Assembly (NCBI GenBank): GCA_023250635.1
Contig: JAHFAI010000006.1
Location: 1 to 57,500, forward strand
DNA length: 57,500 nt
Reading direction: 5' to 3'
Source: Deltaproteobacteria bacterium
Lineage (GTDB): Bacteria > Bdellovibrionota_B > Oligoflexia > Oligoflexales > Bog-1112
Shown here: in pieces, positions 53,096 through 57,500 of the stretch
Layout: the number at the start of each line of letters is the position of its first letter
Position numbering within the stretch: position 1 is the stretch's first letter
Translations under genes and position numbers: made by a program
The notes under the pieces: model-generated
The model's database searches: none
Seen by the model: only the letters and a program-made list of their open reading frames with translations
Told to the model about the DNA's origin: nothing

Positions 53096-53340
53096 CAATT
53101 TACAGTAATTTATCTGCAAGAGGCGATGAGAGCAAATGACGAAGAGCTTATTTTTTAGGCGCCGGCAAGCCGCTGAAGACTAGAGTTGTCTCATAATTCA
53201 AAAGCATTGCAGCACGAAACAGCGATACAAAATCGAAGCGGATGTGGAAACCCCCGCTATTGAACTCGGACCTGTCAGTCACTGCCCTCTGTGCCAGAAA
53301 GAGTGAGACACTTGCCCCCCATTAAAGGAATGGATATCGG

Positions 53341-54876
53341 CTAGCGTAGTTCATCATCGGCAGAAAAATATCTTTGACAAGGTCGCAGCGATACATTTTT
53401 GGCCTGGGGGAGTATGACTCTGAGCACATTAGTCTTATTTACCAACCAAAGCGCGCCGAGAGCGTGCTGGGGAAAACAAATGACATCACCGAGATTCCCT
53501 CTAAGGTCTAATTTAAGAACATATTTAAGCCTTCCCTCAGCAAGCGGATAGAGCTCCTCGTCTAATTTTTGATACGGCTCCAAAAAAGGAACTCTGTGTT
53601 CAAAGAGCGATTTCATCACAATCAAACCATCTTCGCGCCAGAAGATATCCTCTACTGGTGCCGACTTTTCTCTTGCAACAACCTTAAGGGGACGGGCCTC
53701 TTGCTCGAGAATATTTAACAGCGAAAACTCCTGCCTTTCATTGACGAGAAGCAACTCTAAAGCTCGCGGAGAAAAGGCCAAGGCGGTGATTCTACTTTCA
53801 CTTACGAAATGTACTCGATGCTCCCAACAAGGATAATCAAGCCCACCATTATTCCAAAAAACATCGATACTGCCATCTTCATTAAGCAGTGCGTAAGCTC
53901 GATCCTGAGGTGAAAATCTCCCTTTAAGCGGACGTTGCTCACCCAGGGGAAACGCCCAATCTGCAACCTGCCTTCCTGCTGAAAACTGCATTAGCTGAAG
54001 TACCCAGGTGCCTTGCGAGGCCTGGCTGTAATGAGAAAAATTTTGGCCGCAATCTTCCTCAAAAAAACTCAGCTTTTTAACCTCAGCAGGATTCTTTCCC
54101 AGCATAGCCACATGATCTATACCACCATTGATGGTAAATTCTTTAAGAGATTGAGGAGTCGAAATATCTACTCTAACATCAAGCCATTCGGCAAAATTCT
54201 GCGACCCATAAGCCCCACCATTAAAGCAAGAAATGAGGGAAAAATTCAGCTCATCCCCCTCACCGAGGGCAATGTTGACCGCAAAGATATCGCGCGAATC
54301 GCTCAGCAAAACCACAAAGCCTAGTCCTGTGACAAAGGTCGTTATCGGCAGAAGAACAAATGGGCGAGAATGTCGTTTAATCGAGCTGTCTTGCCTGATT
54401 TCCAAATTCGGCAGCTTAGCAATAATAGCAGCCGCGTAAAGAAGCTGCTGCTTAGGCAAAGACTCTCCAGCGAGAATGAAACAGAGAGCTTCTTTATCAT
54501 CTTTCGTGATAACACCCAGATTACCCCTCTCGTCAAAAGCCACGGAACAGGGTTGTAGTGAGTTAGTTTCTAGCAATCCATTAAGATCATAGACTCTCCC
54601 CTGCTTTAAAAGACCTTGCCAAACAGTAGGCTCATTCCCCCTATGATGAAAAGAGCTATGCTGGGGAAGCAAAACTGAACCTATCCTCTTTTCATATTTA
54701 TTTTGTGGAGAGGCAAATTGCTTCGCTCTCCATGCCTCGCGAAGCGGGGTAGTTACTGGGTGTAGAGCAGTCATGCTATTAACAGGACCGGTGGAAGAGG
54801 CGGCCGCAAGAAGATGCTTAGCCCAGAGGGCAGCTACTAAAATCATAGTTTTTAGCACGTTATAATCCTTAGGCAA
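53341..54876 (-). CDS. Hypothetical exported protein, possibly partial WD40/beta-propeller
   Basis: Signal-like N-terminus; repeats such as SVAFDERG, GRFSPQD..DGSIDVF, ITALAFSP, VEDIFWREDG. Confidence 0.55.
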   Translation of the reverse strand: MPKDYNVLKTMILVAALWAKHLLAAASSTGPVNSMTALHPVTTPLREAWRAKQFASPQNKYEKRIGSVLLPQHSSFHHRGNEPTVWQGLLKQGRVYDLNGLLETNSLQPCSVAFDERGNLGVITKDDKEALCFILAGESLPKQQLLYAAAIIAKLPNLEIRQDSSIKRHSRPFVLLPITTFVTGLGFVVLLSDSRDIFAVNIALGEGDELNFSLISCFNGGAYGSQNFAEWLDVRVDISTPQSLKEFTINGGIDHVAMLGKNPAEVKKLSFFEEDCGQNFSHYSQASQGTWVLQLMQFSAGRQVADWAFPLGEQRPLKGRFSPQDRAYALLNEDGSIDVFWNNGGLDYPCWEHRVHFVSESRITALAFSPRALELLLVNERQEFSLLNILEQEARPLKVVAREKSAPVEDIFWREDGLIVMKSLFEHRVPFLEPYQKLDEELYPLAEGRLKYVLKLDLRGNLGDVICFPQHALGALWLVNKTNVLRVILPQAKNVSLRPCQRYFSADDELR

Positions 54877-55024
54877 GGATTTTTCTCAAACGCTGAGAAC
54901 GAGATCCTCGAGTAGTATGACAAATCACCAAATCTCTAGAGAGAGCCTTAGGAGGAAAGCTGGTGTCTTGTCAATCGAATACGACCTCCTCACGGCAATG
55001 CACTTCAAATAGGCGCTGTTGCCA

Positions 55025-55261
55025 TCAAATCCCCAATTCTTCACTCAGCTCATGCTGGAGATCCAAGAGAATTTTTTTACGTTTCTCAGGAGTTGCCGCG
55101 GCATTTTTTTCGCTAAGGGCAGCAGGATCTAAAAGATAATCGTCTCCAAATATAGATGCTTTCATAGTTTTTAGGTTTATACCCATCGTGTTTTGGCCTG
55201 CAACTGTGTTGCTCATCAAAAACCGATGGGTATATATGCCTGTTACGATAACTCCCATCAT
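55025..55261 (-). CDS. Small hypothetical protein or gene fragment
   Basis: 78-aa ORF in the gap between co-oriented genes; no clear family. Confidence 0.3.
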   Translation of the reverse strand: MMGVIVTGIYTHRFLMSNTVAGQNTMGINLKTMKASIFGDDYLLDPAALSEKNAAATPEKRKKILLDLQHELSEELGI

Positions 55262-55339
55262 AGCTCATCTAAGAAATCTCGTCGAGGTGTTCATTGACAT
55301 GGTGGTGAAGGCAACCGTCCTTGGACAAGGATTTTGTGT

Positions 55340-57022
55340 TTACCCTTGGCAATGACCAAGTAAAAAGAGATGGATGGAGCTCTGCTGGACGAAGATATCA
55401 TCGTAGTGAAAAAGAAGATTACATTCTTCTTCATGCTTGTTTTCCAGGTGATACGAATAGGCGAGATCTTTTTCCAACAAAAAATTATTCCGACGAGCAT
55501 TGGCTATTTTTAGGATCTCCTCACGTGCACGAGCTACTTGGCCGTCGTCGAAGTAGTGACCAATTAAATTTCGGCAAGCATCAAGATTGGCAGGGGAGAG
55601 GCGACAGGCAAGCAACGACCAGCTTTTGCTCTCTTCTGCCTCAAAAGCAAGGATTTTTGCCAAGGTAAGCCCGAAGCTACTGAGGCTCAGAAGAGCAAGA
55701 CCCAGGAGAGCAAGCCTCTTCTCTCGCCCTCGCAAAATAAAAATAGTTGTTGCCCCATAGTAAGCAGGAACATGACTCGCCAAAATATATGCACCTACCA
55801 TCGCGGTGCTTAAATATGAAAATGCCATTGCCATGGGGAACTGAAATAAATTTTGTACGATCAACACCACCAAGGCTGCATAACAATAAGCAAGCGCAGA
55901 GCTGCCTGGGGAAAAAAAATTTTTTCTCGCGTACCACAGCATGCTCAGCAGTAACAAAAGTCCCGGAATAACAACCTGAATTCCCTCTTCACAGCCCCAC
56001 AGTAGCAAAGTTGAATGGGGCGTTGATTGAGTCCACTGTTCCCAAAAAGCTGGAAAAACAGAACGCTGATCGTAGGCTAAAATAGCATATTCATAGTTGC
56101 TGGTTCCCACTCCAAAGGGATGATCTACCCATAAATCGAGAGCATCACTCAGCAGACGTAGACGTTGGGATGAAGAAGGGGCCTTGCTGGTAACGAGCAA
56201 ATTTGCTCCGGAAGCAAGCACTCCCGGAGCGGCAGAATTCTCGCGATGCATCCACCCCACCCCCGTCGGGGGGCCTAAGAAATAGGTCGCACTGGCAATC
56301 AGCAGGAGAGCGCCCATGCTTATAAAGCATATTTTTTTGATGGGGGGCGCTTGTTTCCAAAGAAAAAGTAGCACGAGAGCCGAAAAAATACCCAGACTGA
56401 CTGATCTACATACCGAAAAATAGATATAGGCCAAGGAAAGCGCGGCGGCAATGCTTGAAATAGCTTGTTCTCTGGGGCTTCGATTTGCCAAGCTCAGGAG
56501 ATAAAGCTGAAAAACAAAGCAAATTCCAACATACTCGGCGCTCATATTAATATTGCCAAAAGGCCCAGCCATGATTTGCGGCGAAGCTAAAAAAAGTGGG
56601 GAACCATAGAGCAATTCGCTATAAGCAAAAACATGAAAGAGCAACACCCCTCGTTCACTGTAATAGGCAATCTCTGTTAGAGAATCAGGGAATTTTTTGC
56701 AGTAATTGAAGAAAAAAATCAACATCACCACAAAAAAAATCCGCTCGCTATGTACCTGTTCGAGGATAAAATGGCGATGGACAAAAAAATTGACTAGCAG
56801 TGCACCCACCAGGACAAGTCCAGCAATTACCATAGGCTTGGGAAAAAGGGGAAGAATTATTTCCTTCCTCGCCAGCAAACGCAGGCCGGCAAGCAGGGCG
56901 AGCAAAGAGAAAACAGCCCATTTCGGGCTTATATACAAGTCCCTAAAGTAAAAAGAAAAAGAAAGTGGAATTACAAAAAAACCTAAAAATAAAATCAATT
57001 GATCTAATGATCTCATCTTCAT
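55340..57022 (-). CDS. O-antigen ligase (Wzy_C)/O-oligosaccharyltransferase-like membrane protein with helical C-terminal domain
   Basis: Many TMs; GPFGNINMSAEY, SSSQRLRL...DHPFGVG, PHS. Confidence 0.75.
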   Translation of the reverse strand: MKMRSLDQLILFLGFFVIPLSFSFYFRDLYISPKWAVFSLLALLAGLRLLARKEIILPLFPKPMVIAGLVLVGALLVNFFVHRHFILEQVHSERIFFVVMLIFFFNYCKKFPDSLTEIAYYSERGVLLFHVFAYSELLYGSPLFLASPQIMAGPFGNINMSAEYVGICFVFQLYLLSLANRSPREQAISSIAAALSLAYIYFSVCRSVSLGIFSALVLLFLWKQAPPIKKICFISMGALLLIASATYFLGPPTGVGWMHRENSAAPGVLASGANLLVTSKAPSSSQRLRLLSDALDLWVDHPFGVGTSNYEYAILAYDQRSVFPAFWEQWTQSTPHSTLLLWGCEEGIQVVIPGLLLLLSMLWYARKNFFSPGSSALAYCYAALVVLIVQNLFQFPMAMAFSYLSTAMVGAYILASHVPAYYGATTIFILRGREKRLALLGLALLSLSSFGLTLAKILAFEAEESKSWSLLACRLSPANLDACRNLIGHYFDDGQVARAREEILKIANARRNNFLLEKDLAYSYHLENKHEEECNLLFHYDDIFVQQSSIHLFLLGHCQG

Positions 57023-57095
57023 AAAAAACCATTATGCGGCGGTGACGTCTCATGGTAGACTAGAATAAACAAACTCAAATAGAAAGGATTAAAAA

Positions 57096-57296
57096 ATGCT
57101 GAAGATTCTTTTATTCTCACTCGTTATAGTTTCCTGTCAGAGTGCTGAGAAAGCTGAGAAAAAAGAAAGCGAGAAGCATCACGCCAAGATAAAACGAAGT
57201 AATCTCTATGGGTCAGGTCACCAAGATTACCGAAATTACCGGGACTACAACAAAGATAATCACGATAGAGACAACCATTCCACTCCCAGCTATTGA
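57096..57296 (+). CDS. Small hydrophilic lipoprotein
   Basis: AGGA RBS, lipobox VIVSC, charged His/Asp/Arg/Tyr-rich tail. Confidence 0.55.
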   Translation: MLKILLFSLVIVSCQSAEKAEKKESEKHHAKIKRSNLYGSGHQDYRNYRDYNKDNHDRDNHSTPSY

Positions 57297-57340
57297 ATGC
57301 TTTCTCTATAATTTATGGCTTTGACCCGCTGCCCAGTGGG

Positions 57341-57402
57341 TAATTAGATTTTACTGAAAAAGGGCGCCTCCCCCGGTGTCCTTTTTCAGCAAAATCTAGT
57401 TA
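57341..57402. repeat. 28-bp-arm hairpin (module E) bounded by TAATTA/TAGTTA
   Basis: TAATTAGATTTTACTGAAAAAGGGCGCC-tccccc-GGTGTCCTTTTTCAGCAAAATCTAGTTA. Confidence 0.8.
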
Positions 57403-57500
57403 GTCGCTGGCGCGAAATAGCATATTTCGTGCCGCGACGTGTCCTGAGGAGCAAAGCGACGAAGGATCTGTCACGTGATATCCGGATGTTATGTGAAAGA
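57401..57500. repeat. Composite repeat A'-B, truncated by the window end
   Basis: 100/100 identical to positions 8..107. Confidence 0.95.

Overview
Bacterial chromosomal segment, most genes on the minus strand. Gene content suggests a Bdellovibrionota/Oligoflexia-like former deltaproteobacterium (inference from the divergent str-operon EF-G, DUF4388, a DsbA with an N-terminal helical domain, and sigma28-like promoters). The core block (about 9.7-31.7 kb) holds ftsY, tRNA-Val, fusA-rpsG-rpsL, rpoC-rpoB, rplL-J-A-K, nusG, secE, tRNA-Trp, tuf, tRNA-Thr/Gly/Tyr/Thr, a TrmH methyltransferase, a DUF4388 protein and ntrX. The left arm holds namZ, PilZ, DsbA, orn, an Asn-rich ribbon-helix-helix protein, dppBC, a Lys-rich HU, a 594-aa unknown and an OMP. 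An accessory block of about 11.4 kb separates ntrX from ntrY: FAD/Rieske oxidoreductase, 5'-nucleotidase, a Tgl-like Cys protein, SDR/ThDP/ATP-grasp/methyltransferase/PhyH genes and a lipoprotein. The right arm holds a catalytically degenerate Xer-like protein next to tadA, fadE, a Tad-type secretin operon, and an O-antigen-ligase-like gene. Most notable: (1) a modular, nested family of palindromic repeats with TA/TAAYTA ends at accessory junctions and at both window ends; (2) a perfect 24-bp direct repeat bracketing the nucleotidase gene as a 2021-bp cassette that appears to have swapped the C-terminus of its neighbour; (3) the pseudo-catalytic Xer; (4) the Tgl-like secreted protein; (5) the orphan RHH protein with a prion-like domain. 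No CRISPR array, transposase, rRNA or prophage was seen. All protein calls come from motif recognition by eye; no database searches were run.
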